The notes beneath the pieces are model-generated. The model did not search any database, was not told where the DNA came from, and worked only from the letters and a program-made list of their open reading frames with translations. Shown one piece after another: positions 9,537-18,212 of a stretch of DNA of 64,000 nt; the stretch's first letter is position 1; every line of letters begins with the position of its first letter. The translations under genes were made by a program, and so were the position numbers. Source of the stretch: Deltaproteobacteria bacterium (GTDB taxonomy: Bacteria; Myxococcota_A; UBA9160; SMWR01); the NCBI GenBank assembly GCA_032128115.1, contig JAQBHB010000047.1:128001-192000 (forward strand). The letters are read 5' to 3'.

Positions 9537-10127
9537 GTGGCCGAGGCCGAATACTCGACGACGGCGAAGCTCCCGGTGAATACCATCTGGGAATTCGTCA
9601 AGGAGATGGACAACTGGGCCCGCTTCCTGAGGGGCTACCAGAGCCACGAGAAGGAGAGCGAAACCGACTCATTGTGGACTCTCAAGGGCGAGCTGGGCGC
9701 CATGGCCCGCACGCTGAAGTTCCGTGTCCACATCACGGAGTGGGCGGGCCCGGAGCGCGTCAGCTTCGAGCTGGTGGGATTGAACGAGGCCATGCAGGGC
9801 GGTGGTGAGTTCGTGATGGGAGCCTGGGAGGAGGGCGCGGCGGCGGAGCCCGCGCCCGTTGCTAAGAAGAATCCGATTCTTCGCCTCTTCGAAGCGGTCG
9901 TGCGTTTCGTACTGGGCCTGTTCGGCGGCGGAGCGCCCCCGCGCGCGGCGTCGGCCGGCGCCGGCCCTGGCGAAGGCATGGCCAGGCTCAGCTTCCGGCT
10001 GCGCATCGATCCGGGCGGACCCATGGCGCCCATGGTGAACGCCCTCATCAAGCCGGTGTTGCTCCCGGCTGCCGAGGATCTGGCCAACCAGATCATGGCC
10101 CACCTGGAGTCGCAACAGGCGGGTTAG
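9537..10127 (+). CDS. SRPBCC/CoxG (START-like) protein with an internal amphipathic insertion
   Basis: PVNTIWEFVKEMDNWARFLRGYQSH...WTLKGELG...RVHITEW and a C-terminal helix. GTG at 9537. Confidence 0.72.
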   Translation: MAEAEYSTTAKLPVNTIWEFVKEMDNWARFLRGYQSHEKESETDSLWTLKGELGAMARTLKFRVHITEWAGPERVSFELVGLNEAMQGGGEFVMGAWEEGAAAEPAPVAKKNPILRLFEAVVRFVLGLFGGGAPPRAASAGAGPGEGMARLSFRLRIDPGGPMAPMVNALIKPVLLPAAEDLANQIMAHLESQQAG

Positions 10128-10172
10128 AATCTGGGTCACGCACTCACCGCAGCGGGCGCCCGGTCGGACTCC

Positions 10173-10523
10173 ATGAAGACTCTCGACGTCTACTTCCAGG
10201 CCCTGCGGGACCGGGATTGGGAGGCGTTGGCCCAATGTGTGGCGGAAGGGGTGGAGCGAAACGGCCCCTACCTGGATGTCGTTCGGGGCCGAGCGGCCTA
10301 TGCGGCGTACCTGGCCAAAGTGCTCCCCACGCTCGAGAACTACCGGCTCGAGGTCTCGAGGGTGCGCGCGCTCGACGGGGGCGGCGCGATCGCGGAAATC
10401 TGCGAGATCGTCGACGTGGACGGCGTCGCGACGCGGTTCCCGGAGGCCATCTTCTTCGACTTCGACGCCGGCGGACTCATCGCGACCCTGGATATCTACC
10501 TGAAGCAGCCTCCGCCGCGGTAG
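10173..10523 (+). CDS. SnoaL/NTF2-like protein
   Basis: YFQALRDRDWEALAQCVAEGV.R.GP...G.AAY; FDFDAGGLIATLDIY. Confidence 0.8.
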   Translation: MKTLDVYFQALRDRDWEALAQCVAEGVERNGPYLDVVRGRAAYAAYLAKVLPTLENYRLEVSRVRALDGGGAIAEICEIVDVDGVATRFPEAIFFDFDAGGLIATLDIYLKQPPPR

Positions 10524-10589
10524 ATCGATTCGTCCGATCGCCCGACCGACGTGGTAGCCTGGGATTCCCGTAAGGAGAAGGAGTCCCCC

Positions 10590-10997
10590 ATGAAGATCGA
10601 AGGTGGATGCTATTGCGGCGCCGTCCGCTACACCGCGGAGAGCGACCCGCTGTTCAAGGGCCAGTGCCACTGCCGGGAGTGCCAGTACATCTCGGGCGGA
10701 TCGCCGAACATGGTGATGGGGATGAAGGAAGCGGGCTTCGCCTACACCCAGGGCGCGGCCAAGGCCTTCATCCGGAAGGATCTCGAGACCCCGGTGACGC
10801 GGGAGTTCTGTCCGGCCTGCGGGACGCATCTGCTGAGTCGCGCCCCGAGCGTGCCCGGAGCCGTGCTCCTCAAGGTGGGAACGTTCGATGACCCGAGCCT
10901 GTTCGGAATGCCCCAGATGGCGATCTTCACCATCGACAAGCAGAGCTTCCACCACGTGCCGGAAGGCGTCCCGACTTTCGAGCGCACGCCGGGCTGA
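10590..10997 (+). CDS. GFA (CENP-V/glutathione-dependent formaldehyde-activating) family protein
   Basis: GGCYCGAVRY, CHCRECQ, FCPACGT. ATG at 10590 with an AAGGAG SD. Confidence 0.9.
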   Translation: MKIEGGCYCGAVRYTAESDPLFKGQCHCRECQYISGGSPNMVMGMKEAGFAYTQGAAKAFIRKDLETPVTREFCPACGTHLLSRAPSVPGAVLLKVGTFDDPSLFGMPQMAIFTIDKQSFHHVPEGVPTFERTPG

Positions 10998-11003
10998 AGC
11001 CGG

Positions 11004-11414
11004 CTAGGGCTGTCTTTCGAAGCTGCGCAACCCGTCGGGAACCACGACCCAGGGCTGCTTGGATCGCGTCCACACCTGGAATCCCGGTTCCAGCCACGAT
11101 GTGTCGTCCAGGGTTCCCGGTTTGATGTTCAGGGTTCCGTTCATGGACTCCGGGTCGTGGTAGATGCGGGTGCCGCAATCGGGGCAGAAGTAGCAATCGA
11201 CCTTGTTCCCGTTCGCGGCGGAACGCGAGAACATCTTCGGCACGCCCGAGAGCATGCGAACCGATTCTGCCGGAACGATCAGGCTCATGCCGAAGGCACT
11301 TCCCGATTGTCGCTGGCACTCCGTGCAGTGGCAGATCGTGAGCGCCAGCGGGTCGGCCTCGAGCCGGTATCTCACGTGGCCGCACTGGCAGCCACCCTCC
11401 CTTGCATCACTCAT
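11004..11414 (-). CDS. GFA family protein
   Basis: GGCQCGHVRY, CHCTECQRQSGSAF, FCPDCGT, WTRSKQPWV. Confidence 0.9.
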   Translation of the reverse strand: MSDAREGGCQCGHVRYRLEADPLALTICHCTECQRQSGSAFGMSLIVPAESVRMLSGVPKMFSRSAANGNKVDCYFCPDCGTRIYHDPESMNGTLNIKPGTLDDTSWLEPGFQVWTRSKQPWVVVPDGLRSFERQP

Positions 11415-11536
11415 CTCGTCCTCCCGACACTGCCAATGGTACGCCTTCGAGGTCGGCGCGGGTGGGGGATGATCGCCTATCATGCGGTCTCGTGGGTCTG
11501 GGCCCGCGGGCCTGGATCCGCGCGAGGAGGGAGATC

Positions 11537-11992
11537 GTGCGAACCGCTACCGCCGTCGTGACCGGCCTGATGCTTGTCCTGATCGGCCTGATGCTGGTTG
11601 GCTGTTCCCCGTTCGTGACGATTCCGGGAGGCGAGCTTTCGGGCTCGCTAGAGCCCACACCGTCCGATTGGTCCTTCTCCGACGCCGTCGAGACCGTGCA
11701 GCTGGAAACCCGGCCAGGCGATCCGTATTCGGTCAACGTCTGGGGCGTGGGCGTGGGTTCCACGTTCTACCTGGCCGCGGGCGATGCCCAGAGCCGCTGG
11801 GCCCGCAACATCGACCGGGATCCGCTGGTGCGCCTGAAGATCGGCGAGGGGATCTACGAACTCCGCGCCAGTCGCACGGACAATCTGGCCGAGATGGACG
11901 CGTTCCTCGCCGGCGCCAAGAAGAAGTACGATTTCGAGCCGAACGAAGAACAGCGCGCGAACGCGTCTCTCTTCCGTCTCGAGCCGCGCTAG
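11537..11992 (+). CDS. Exported split-barrel (DUF2255/FDOR-like) lipoprotein, paralog 1
   Basis: GTG with a GAGGAGG SD and lipobox LVGC. IPGGELSG..P.DWSF, ETR...YSV..W, RWARNIDRDPLVRL. Confidence 0.7.
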   Translation: MRTATAVVTGLMLVLIGLMLVGCSPFVTIPGGELSGSLEPTPSDWSFSDAVETVQLETRPGDPYSVNVWGVGVGSTFYLAAGDAQSRWARNIDRDPLVRLKIGEGIYELRASRTDNLAEMDAFLAGAKKKYDFEPNEEQRANASLFRLEPR

Positions 11993-11998
11993 GCGCGC

Positions 11999-12538
11999 AT
12001 GTCCACGATCCGCCCGGGCGCCGGGTGGCACGGGTCATGCCTCGCGGGGATCGCCGTGGCGGTGATGGGTGTGGGGCTCGGATGTGGGCCCTGGGGGCCT
12101 CGGGGCATTCTGCCGGGCGGTCCGTTTGTGGGAAGCGCGCGCACCGATCCGGTTCCCGACTGGTCGTTCAGCGACGAGCATCCGCTCATCGCGATCGAGA
12201 CCAGGGGCTCTCTCTTCCGGCATTCGGTCACGATCGTCTGCATCGCCAGCGGAGGGAAGCTCTATGTGATGGCGCGGCACGCCCCGCGCAAGCGCTGGGT
12301 GCAGAACATGGAGGCAGATCCGCGCGTGCGGCTGCGGGTGGGAGAGGGGCTGTACGCCGGACGTGCGGTGCGTGTTCGCGACGAAGACGAGGCAGGGGAG
12401 GTGGTTCGCGCCTTCCTGCGAAAGTATGTGGGACTCGACGTCGAGCGAGCGCGCGCCCTGGGCGGGCCCCCGGCGAGCGGTGACGATCGAGCCGAAGTCT
12501 GGACGTGGCGCATCGATCCGATGCAGGCGGACTCGTGA
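11999..12538 (+). CDS. Exported split-barrel lipoprotein, paralog 2
   Basis: Lipobox GLGC. LPGG, PDWSFSD, ETR, RWVQNMEADPRVRL. Confidence 0.7.
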   Translation: MSTIRPGAGWHGSCLAGIAVAVMGVGLGCGPWGPRGILPGGPFVGSARTDPVPDWSFSDEHPLIAIETRGSLFRHSVTIVCIASGGKLYVMARHAPRKRWVQNMEADPRVRLRVGEGLYAGRAVRVRDEDEAGEVVRAFLRKYVGLDVERARALGGPPASGDDRAEVWTWRIDPMQADS

Positions 12539-13071
12539 GACCCGGCGGGCGCACCCTGCGGCGCATTCTTTTCATCGCGGGACTCGGTGTGGCGGCCGTC
12601 GCCGTCTGGGTTCGCCTTCTCGGGGGCGGCCCGGTCGTTTCCGGCATTCCCGGAGGTTGGCTGCGCGGCGAGACCGTCGGCGATCTTCCCAGCGATTGGT
12701 CGTTCGCAAACCGCGCTCCCTACCTGCTCGTGGAAAGTCGGGCCTGGACCCTGCCGTACTCGGTTCGCGTCTGGTTTCTGGCGCACGGGGGTCGCTTGTA
12801 CCTGCTGCTTCCGGACTTCTTCGGAGACGGATTGCAGCGCCGGCTGGCCGACGATCCGCGCTTGACCGTGGCCCTCGGTGGTCGTCTTCATCCACAGATC
12901 GCCGTGCCGTTGCCCGCTGGGGCCGACCTTTCCCCGCTCGTGCGCCCCGTGCTCCGCCGTCAGTTCGCCATCGAGGTCGAGGGTCGCGTGCGACCCGTGC
13001 GCGGGGACGACGCGTCGCGTGCCGGGATGTCGATCTATCGTCTCGACGACCCACCGCGGGAGGCGCAATAG
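12535..13071 (+). CDS. Membrane-anchored split-barrel protein, paralog 3 (divergent)
   Basis: GTGA overlap with paralog 2 and an N-terminal TM. IPGGWLRG, PSDWSF, ESR...PYSVRVW, DPRL. Confidence 0.65.
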   Translation: MRPGGRTLRRILFIAGLGVAAVAVWVRLLGGGPVVSGIPGGWLRGETVGDLPSDWSFANRAPYLLVESRAWTLPYSVRVWFLAHGGRLYLLLPDFFGDGLQRRLADDPRLTVALGGRLHPQIAVPLPAGADLSPLVRPVLRRQFAIEVEGRVRPVRGDDASRAGMSIYRLDDPPREAQ

Positions 13072-13680
13072 ATGATCAAGCTCTACCACGCCCCGAACAC
13101 CCGCTCGGTTCGCATCCTGTGGCTGCTGAAAGAACTCGAGCTTCCCTACGAACTCGAGCGGGTGGAATTCAAGGTGCCCGTGGGCGCGTTCTTCAGCCAG
13201 GCTACGCCCCTCGGGAAGCTCCCGACCCTCGAAGACGGCGACGTGGTGATGTGCGAGTCCGGTGCCATCGTGGAATACATCCTGGAGCGCTACGGAGACG
13301 GGCGCCTCGCGCCCGCGGTGGGCTCTCCGGAGCGGGCGGCATTCCTGCAGTGGGTGCACTTCTCCGAGAGCACCGCCTTCCCTCCCATGGGAATAATCGT
13401 CTGGCTGTCGCGCTACCGCGAGGGAGCCGACCACAACAAGAGCCTTCTCGCCGACGCCCGGGCCCGGGCATCGGCCGGCCTCGAATTCCTCGAGCGCGGG
13501 CTCGGGCGCAACGAGTACCTGCTGGAGTCGGGTTTCTCGGCAGCCGACATCATGATGGGGTTCACCCTGGTGGCGGCTCGCCTTCTCGGAGTGCTCGATG
13601 ATCGGTATCCCGACCTCCAGGCCTACACGGCGCGCCTCGAGGCGAGGCCGGCCCTCCAGAAGTCGCTGGCGGAGGGGTAG
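13072..13680 (+). CDS. Glutathione S-transferase
   Basis: LYHAPNTRS.RILWLLKEL, PLGKLP, ESGAIVEYI, FSAADIM. Confidence 0.92.
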   Translation: MIKLYHAPNTRSVRILWLLKELELPYELERVEFKVPVGAFFSQATPLGKLPTLEDGDVVMCESGAIVEYILERYGDGRLAPAVGSPERAAFLQWVHFSESTAFPPMGIIVWLSRYREGADHNKSLLADARARASAGLEFLERGLGRNEYLLESGFSAADIMMGFTLVAARLLGVLDDRYPDLQAYTARLEARPALQKSLAEG

Positions 13681-13698
13681 AGGGCAGTTCATGCCTCG

Positions 13699-14337
13699 TT
13701 GCAAGCAGACCCGACCTTGAGAGACAGCGGCCGGCGCGAGCGGGCCTTCCTGCTCGCGACCACTCTTGCAGTGCTGGTCTGGTCCGGCGTCGAGCCCAAC
13801 GAACGGGGCACCTGGTTCCTCGAGGTATTCCCCGTCCTTCTGGGTGTCGTCCTGTTGTGGGTCACGTATGCCCGCTTCCCCCTGACCCCCCTGCTGTATC
13901 GGCTCCTGTTCCTCCACGCCGTGATCCTGATGATCGGCGGCCACTACACCTACGCCGAGGTGCCGCTGGGCTTCTGGGCCCAGGACCTGCTGGATCTCTC
14001 GCGAAACCCCTACGACCGGCTGGGTCACCTTGCCCAGGGTTTCGTTCCGGCGATCCTGACGCGGGAGATCCTGTTGCGGACCTCGCCCCTGCAGCGCGGG
14101 AAATGGCTGTTCTTCCTGGTGGTGTGCGTGTGCCTGGCGTTCAGTGCGTTCTACGAGATGCTCGAGTGGTGGGCTGCTCTGATCGGCGGCGGGGCGGCCG
14201 AGTCGTTCCTGGGAACGCAGGGGGACGTCTGGGATACCCAGTGGGACATGTTCCTGGCGCTCCTGGGGGCGACCGGGGCCCTGCTCTCCCTGGCCCGTCT
14301 CCACGACCGCGCCCTGGCGCGGGTCGCGTCGCAGTAG
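13699..14337 (+). CDS. DUF2238 (YjdF-like) inner membrane protein
   Basis: TWFLEVFP, GGHYTYAEVPLG, RNPYDRLGH, FLGTQGDVWDTQWDM. Confidence 0.88.
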   Translation: MQADPTLRDSGRRERAFLLATTLAVLVWSGVEPNERGTWFLEVFPVLLGVVLLWVTYARFPLTPLLYRLLFLHAVILMIGGHYTYAEVPLGFWAQDLLDLSRNPYDRLGHLAQGFVPAILTREILLRTSPLQRGKWLFFLVVCVCLAFSAFYEMLEWWAALIGGGAAESFLGTQGDVWDTQWDMFLALLGATGALLSLARLHDRALARVASQ

Positions 14338-14350
14338 CCGACGGGCGCCC

Positions 14351-14998
14351 GTGGTCATCGCCTTCGTCGTCGCCTGTGCAGTTTGCTGTGGCTTGCAGCT
14401 TTTGAGCGAGCGCATCGGCTGGGCGTGGGGACCCTGGATCTTCAAGCCGTTGGCGGCCGGTAGTTTCGTGGCGGCCGGTCTCGCCTCCGGCGCCCTGGAT
14501 TCGAGCTACGGACTCGCGGTTCTCACCGCACTGCTGCTCTCGTTCGTCGGCGACGTGCTGTTGATTCCCGACGGTCGCGGGCCCGGGTTTCTCACCGGGA
14601 TCGGGAGCTTTCTGGCCGCCCACGTGGCATACGCAGCGGCCTTCTCGAGCGTCGGCCGCCTCGGCATGCCCGGACTCGTGGCCGGCCTGCTCCTGGTCCC
14701 CGTTGCCTGGAAGGTCTGGACCTGGCTTCGCCCCCACGTGGATGGCGTCTTTCGCCGCGCCATCCCCGTCTACATCGCGGTCATCGCGAGCATGTTGGCT
14801 CTGGCCATCTCTGCGAGCCTGGCCACCGGTCGCCCGTCGCTCGCTGTCGGTGCCGCGCTGTTCGCGGTGTCGGACCTCTTTGTGGCGCGCGACCGGTTCG
14901 TGGCGCCCGGTCCGGTGAACGGAGTCTTTGGCCTTCCCCTGTACTTCGCCGCCCAGTTGATCCTGGCCGTCTCGGTTTCGGGATTCGCTGGGCAATGA
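14351..14998 (+). CDS. YhhN/TMEM86 lysoplasmalogenase family
   Basis: FKPL, LSFVGDVLL, FLAAHVAY, Y..VI..M, LFAVSD, LYFAAQ. Confidence 0.85.
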   Translation: MVIAFVVACAVCCGLQLLSERIGWAWGPWIFKPLAAGSFVAAGLASGALDSSYGLAVLTALLLSFVGDVLLIPDGRGPGFLTGIGSFLAAHVAYAAAFSSVGRLGMPGLVAGLLLVPVAWKVWTWLRPHVDGVFRRAIPVYIAVIASMLALAISASLATGRPSLAVGAALFAVSDLFVARDRFVAPGPVNGVFGLPLYFAAQLILAVSVSGFAGQ

Positions 14999-15516
14999 CG
15001 AATCGATACACGGTGGGGCTCGCACGGCCCGCCGATCTCGAGGCGCTCCCCGGGATCGAGATGGCGGCCGCGACCCTGTTTCCGGAAGAGGATCTGCCGC
15101 CCCAACGGGTGTCCGACACGACGCCCGTTTCAACCTTCTCCGAAGCGCAACGCCAGGGCCGTCTCTGGGTTGCGCTGGATGAAGAGGAGCGTCCGGTGGG
15201 GTTCGCCCTGGGCCGTTGGGTGGATGGCAACGTCCACCTGGAGGAGATCGACGTGGCGCCCGATCACGGTCGCCGGGGGCTGGGGGCGCGGCTGGTAGAG
15301 CAGGTCCTGTCGTGGGCGCGTGCAACCGATACCCGGGCGGTCTCCCTCACCACCTTCGAGCACCTGCCGTGGAATGCCCCTTTCTACCGGCGCATGGGCT
15401 TCCGCGTTCTCGATCCCGGGGAGATCGGTCCCGAGCTTTCGGCCATCTGCGCCGAGGAAGCGAGCCAGGGTCTTCGCCGTCGCGTGGCCATGGTCCACCC
15501 GCTGGAATGCGCCTGA
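14995..15516 (+). CDS. GNAT N-acetyltransferase
   Basis: HLEEIDVAPDHGRRGLG, LTTFEHLPWNAPFYRRMGF. Confidence 0.9.
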   Translation: MTNRYTVGLARPADLEALPGIEMAAATLFPEEDLPPQRVSDTTPVSTFSEAQRQGRLWVALDEEERPVGFALGRWVDGNVHLEEIDVAPDHGRRGLGARLVEQVLSWARATDTRAVSLTTFEHLPWNAPFYRRMGFRVLDPGEIGPELSAICAEEASQGLRRRVAMVHPLECA

Positions 15517-15593
15517 CGCGCGCGGCGGCCGCGCTGGCGCTGCGAGCGTGTTAGCCTGTCGCCTCGGTCCTCGCCGGGGCCCGTGGAGGTGAG

Positions 15594-16157
15594 ATGAGAC
15601 GCCTTCTTTTCGCGGCCCTTGCGGTCACCACGCTCGCCGCGTTTGCGGCGGCGGCCGACGATGCACCCTCGCCTGATTCCGTAGCAGCCGAGTACCTGGG
15701 CGTCCTGGTCGACGACGGCATGGGCGCCACGGGGCGCTTCTTCGACCCGGAATCCCTGGGCGGTCTCAAGGAGGTCTTCGTCGCCCTGCTCGAGATCGAG
15801 GCGAAGCAGGGCCAGAGCCAGCTGCGCGAGGCCATGTTCGGCTCGAATGCGAGCCTGGAGAGCGTCACCGACATGAAGCCGACGGCGTTCTATTCGGGAG
15901 TCATGCGGTTCATCGAGGTTCAGATGGAGCAGGCCAACGTGACCTTCTCCGGTGGCGTGGTCCTGGGAACTGTCTTCGAGAATCCGAAGCTTGCCCACGT
16001 GGTGGCGCGAATGAATTTGAGCACCGGAGACGATTCGGTGTCGTCCATCGACATCATTTCCATGAACGAGATGGATGGGCGCTGGGTTCTGCTGCTCAAT
16101 TCCGAAGTGGAGCAGATGGCAAAAATGATCCAGGCCCAGCTGGCAGCTCAACCCTAG
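15594..16157 (+). CDS. Secreted hypothetical protein
   Basis: Signal peptide (MRRLLFAALAV...AFA), GGAGG SD, typical codon bias. Confidence 0.7.
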   Translation: MRRLLFAALAVTTLAAFAAAADDAPSPDSVAAEYLGVLVDDGMGATGRFFDPESLGGLKEVFVALLEIEAKQGQSQLREAMFGSNASLESVTDMKPTAFYSGVMRFIEVQMEQANVTFSGGVVLGTVFENPKLAHVVARMNLSTGDDSVSSIDIISMNEMDGRWVLLLNSEVEQMAKMIQAQLAAQP

Positions 16158-16192
16158 CGGGCTCGCCCCGTGGCTGACGAGGGTGTCGCGAG

Positions 16193-16921
16193 GTGACGGC
16201 TGTGCGAGTACTCCGGTGGGCGGTCGCCTGTGTGCTGGTCGCTGCCGCCCTGTTCGCCACTTCCGTTTCACTTTATCGGAGCGGTGTCCTGCGCTTCAAT
16301 CATCCGGATGAAGCGCGCTTCCCCGTGCGTGGAATCGATGTGTCGCACCACCAGGCCGAGGTCGACTGGGGGGCCGTGCGATCGGCGGGTATCGAGTTCG
16401 CCTTCATCAAGGCCACCGAGGGCGGAGACCACAGCGATACGCGATTCGACGCGAACTGGGAGGAGGCCGGGCGCGCGGGAATTGCCCGAGGCGCCTATCA
16501 CTTCTTCACATTCTGCACGCCGGGACGAGTGCAGGCCGAGCACTTCCTCACGACGATCGGGCTGCGGGCCAGCGAACTTCCGCCGGCCGCAGACGTGGAA
16601 TTCTCGGGGAACTGCTCGAGCTGGACGAACATCGAAACGATCCGCCGGGAGCTCGGGGTCTTCCTGGCGCTGGTGGAAGAGGGGACGGGCCAGCCCCCGC
16701 TGATCTACGTCACCCCCGAGTCTTTTTACCGCATCGTCGAGGGCCACTTCGACGGTCATCCCACCTGGCTCCGGAACCTGTGGTTCGAGCCTTCGATCCG
16801 CCGCTACGGAGTCTGGCGTTTCTGGCAATTTGCCGACAACGCGCGGCTCCCCGGGATCAAGGGCCCCGTGGACCTCAATACGTTCTGCTGCTCCCGCGAC
16901 GATTTCTCGAACCACCGCTGA
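16193..16921 (+). CDS. GH25 lysozyme/muramidase
   Basis: GIDVSHHQ, FAFIKATEG, GAYHFF, PPAADVE, FWQF, VDLN. N-terminal anchor. Confidence 0.9.
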   Translation: MTAVRVLRWAVACVLVAAALFATSVSLYRSGVLRFNHPDEARFPVRGIDVSHHQAEVDWGAVRSAGIEFAFIKATEGGDHSDTRFDANWEEAGRAGIARGAYHFFTFCTPGRVQAEHFLTTIGLRASELPPAADVEFSGNCSSWTNIETIRRELGVFLALVEEGTGQPPLIYVTPESFYRIVEGHFDGHPTWLRNLWFEPSIRRYGVWRFWQFADNARLPGIKGPVDLNTFCCSRDDFSNHR

Positions 16922-16992
16922 CTCGACCGCCTACCGAGGCGGCCAGGCCGATCGTGATAGGATAAGGCTTCCACCCGGAACAGGAGAACCCC

Positions 16993-17382
16993 GTGCGCCA
17001 TAGCGAGCCCGAATACGGCGAGATCACACCGGAGATGCGTGAGCGTCTGGAGAAGTTTCGCGAAGAGCACTCCGGCGACGCCATGGGAGACGTTGCCAAC
17101 CATGTGCTGTTCGAAGACGACGACGTCCGGATCTGGGAGATGAACCTCGAGCCCGGACAGAACAGCGATCTCCACCACCACGAGCACGACTACATCCTGG
17201 TGATCGACTCCGGCGATCTCGTTGCCGGCATTCCGCCGAAAGACAGCCCCATGGATATCTTCGTGGGAAAGGTGCCGCCGAACGGCAACACGGTCCGGGT
17301 ACCCAGGGGGGGGACCGAGTGGGCCCTGAACATCGGCGAGAAGACCTACCACGAGATCCTGATCGAGCTGAAGAAGAGCTGA
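16993..17382 (+). CDS. Cupin-domain protein
   Basis: LFEDDDVRIWEMNLEPG...LHHHEHDY...EILIELK. CAGGAG SD. Confidence 0.8.
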   Translation: MRHSEPEYGEITPEMRERLEKFREEHSGDAMGDVANHVLFEDDDVRIWEMNLEPGQNSDLHHHEHDYILVIDSGDLVAGIPPKDSPMDIFVGKVPPNGNTVRVPRGGTEWALNIGEKTYHEILIELKKS

Positions 17383-17428
17383 GGTCGGAGTCGAGACGGG
17401 TGCGGCCGAACGGACCGGGAGACGGAGC

Positions 17429-17818
17429 GTGAAGTCGCTGCTGGTTACCGCCCTGCTGGTCGGGTCGGGAGGGTTCGCGGGAGCCGTGTTTCGCTACGGC
17501 CTGGCCGGAATCGTTCAGCGCCAGGTTCCCCTGTCTACGTTTCCCTACGGGACTCTCGCGGTGAACCTGCTGGGATCGCTGCTGATCGGTGTCATCGGAG
17601 GTTGGGTGGATTCGCGCCAGGTCTTCACGCCCGAAATGCGGGCCTTCATACTGATCGGTCTGTTGGGCGGCTTCACGACCTTCTCGACGCTCAGCTACGA
17701 GGGCTTCGCCATGATTCGCGACGGAGAACACCTGCGGGCGGTGGCGTACCTGGGTTCGCACGTGGTCTTCGGCCTGGCCGCGGTGTGGCTCGGCTACGGC
17801 CTCGCGAGCGCCCGGTAG
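17429..17818 (+). CDS. crcB: Fluoride channel Fluc/CrcB
   Basis: GGFAGAVFRY, FPYGTLAVNLLGS, GLLGGFTTFST. Confidence 0.95.
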   Translation: MKSLLVTALLVGSGGFAGAVFRYGLAGIVQRQVPLSTFPYGTLAVNLLGSLLIGVIGGWVDSRQVFTPEMRAFILIGLLGGFTTFSTLSYEGFAMIRDGEHLRAVAYLGSHVVFGLAAVWLGYGLASAR

Positions 17819-17821
17819 CCC

Positions 17822-18163
17822 ATGGGCCCGCCCCGGGAGGGAAAGCTCCTGCGCATCTTCGTCGGCGAGGGCGACAAGCACGGCGGGATTCCCGTTTACG
17901 AGTGGATCGTTCGCAGGGCGCGCGAGGAGGGGATGGCCGGCGCCACCGTGCTGCGGGGACTCGCGGGGTTCGGCGCCGCTAGCCGCCTGCACACCAGCAA
18001 GATCCTGCGGCTCTCCACCAAGCTTCCGGTGGTGATCGAGATCGTGGATGAAGCCGAGAAGATCGAGGCCTTCCTTCCCGGGATCGACGACGCCCTCGAG
18101 GGAGGGCTGGTCACCGTGGAAAAGGTCGAGGTGCATTTTCATTCCTCCCGGAATCCGAAGTAG
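17822..18163 (+). CDS. DUF190 (PII-like) protein
   Basis: LLRIFVGEGDK, GMAGATVLRG..GFG, ILRLS..LPVVIEIVD. Usual neighbour of crcB. Confidence 0.9.
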   Translation: MGPPREGKLLRIFVGEGDKHGGIPVYEWIVRRAREEGMAGATVLRGLAGFGAASRLHTSKILRLSTKLPVVIEIVDEAEKIEAFLPGIDDALEGGLVTVEKVEVHFHSSRNPK

Positions 18164-18212
18164 CCGCGGAATCGCGGCGATCGCGGTCGCGCTGCCTGCG
18201 CAAGGGCTCCCT

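Noticed and set aside
16193..16921. Prophage lysis cassette around the GH25 lysozyme
   Set aside because: No holin, integrase or structural genes are present, and composition matches the rest of the window.
17383..17428. Fluoride riboswitch upstream of crcB
   Set aside because: The gap is only 46 nt and lacks the GGCGATGG...CGCC/AAAC core.
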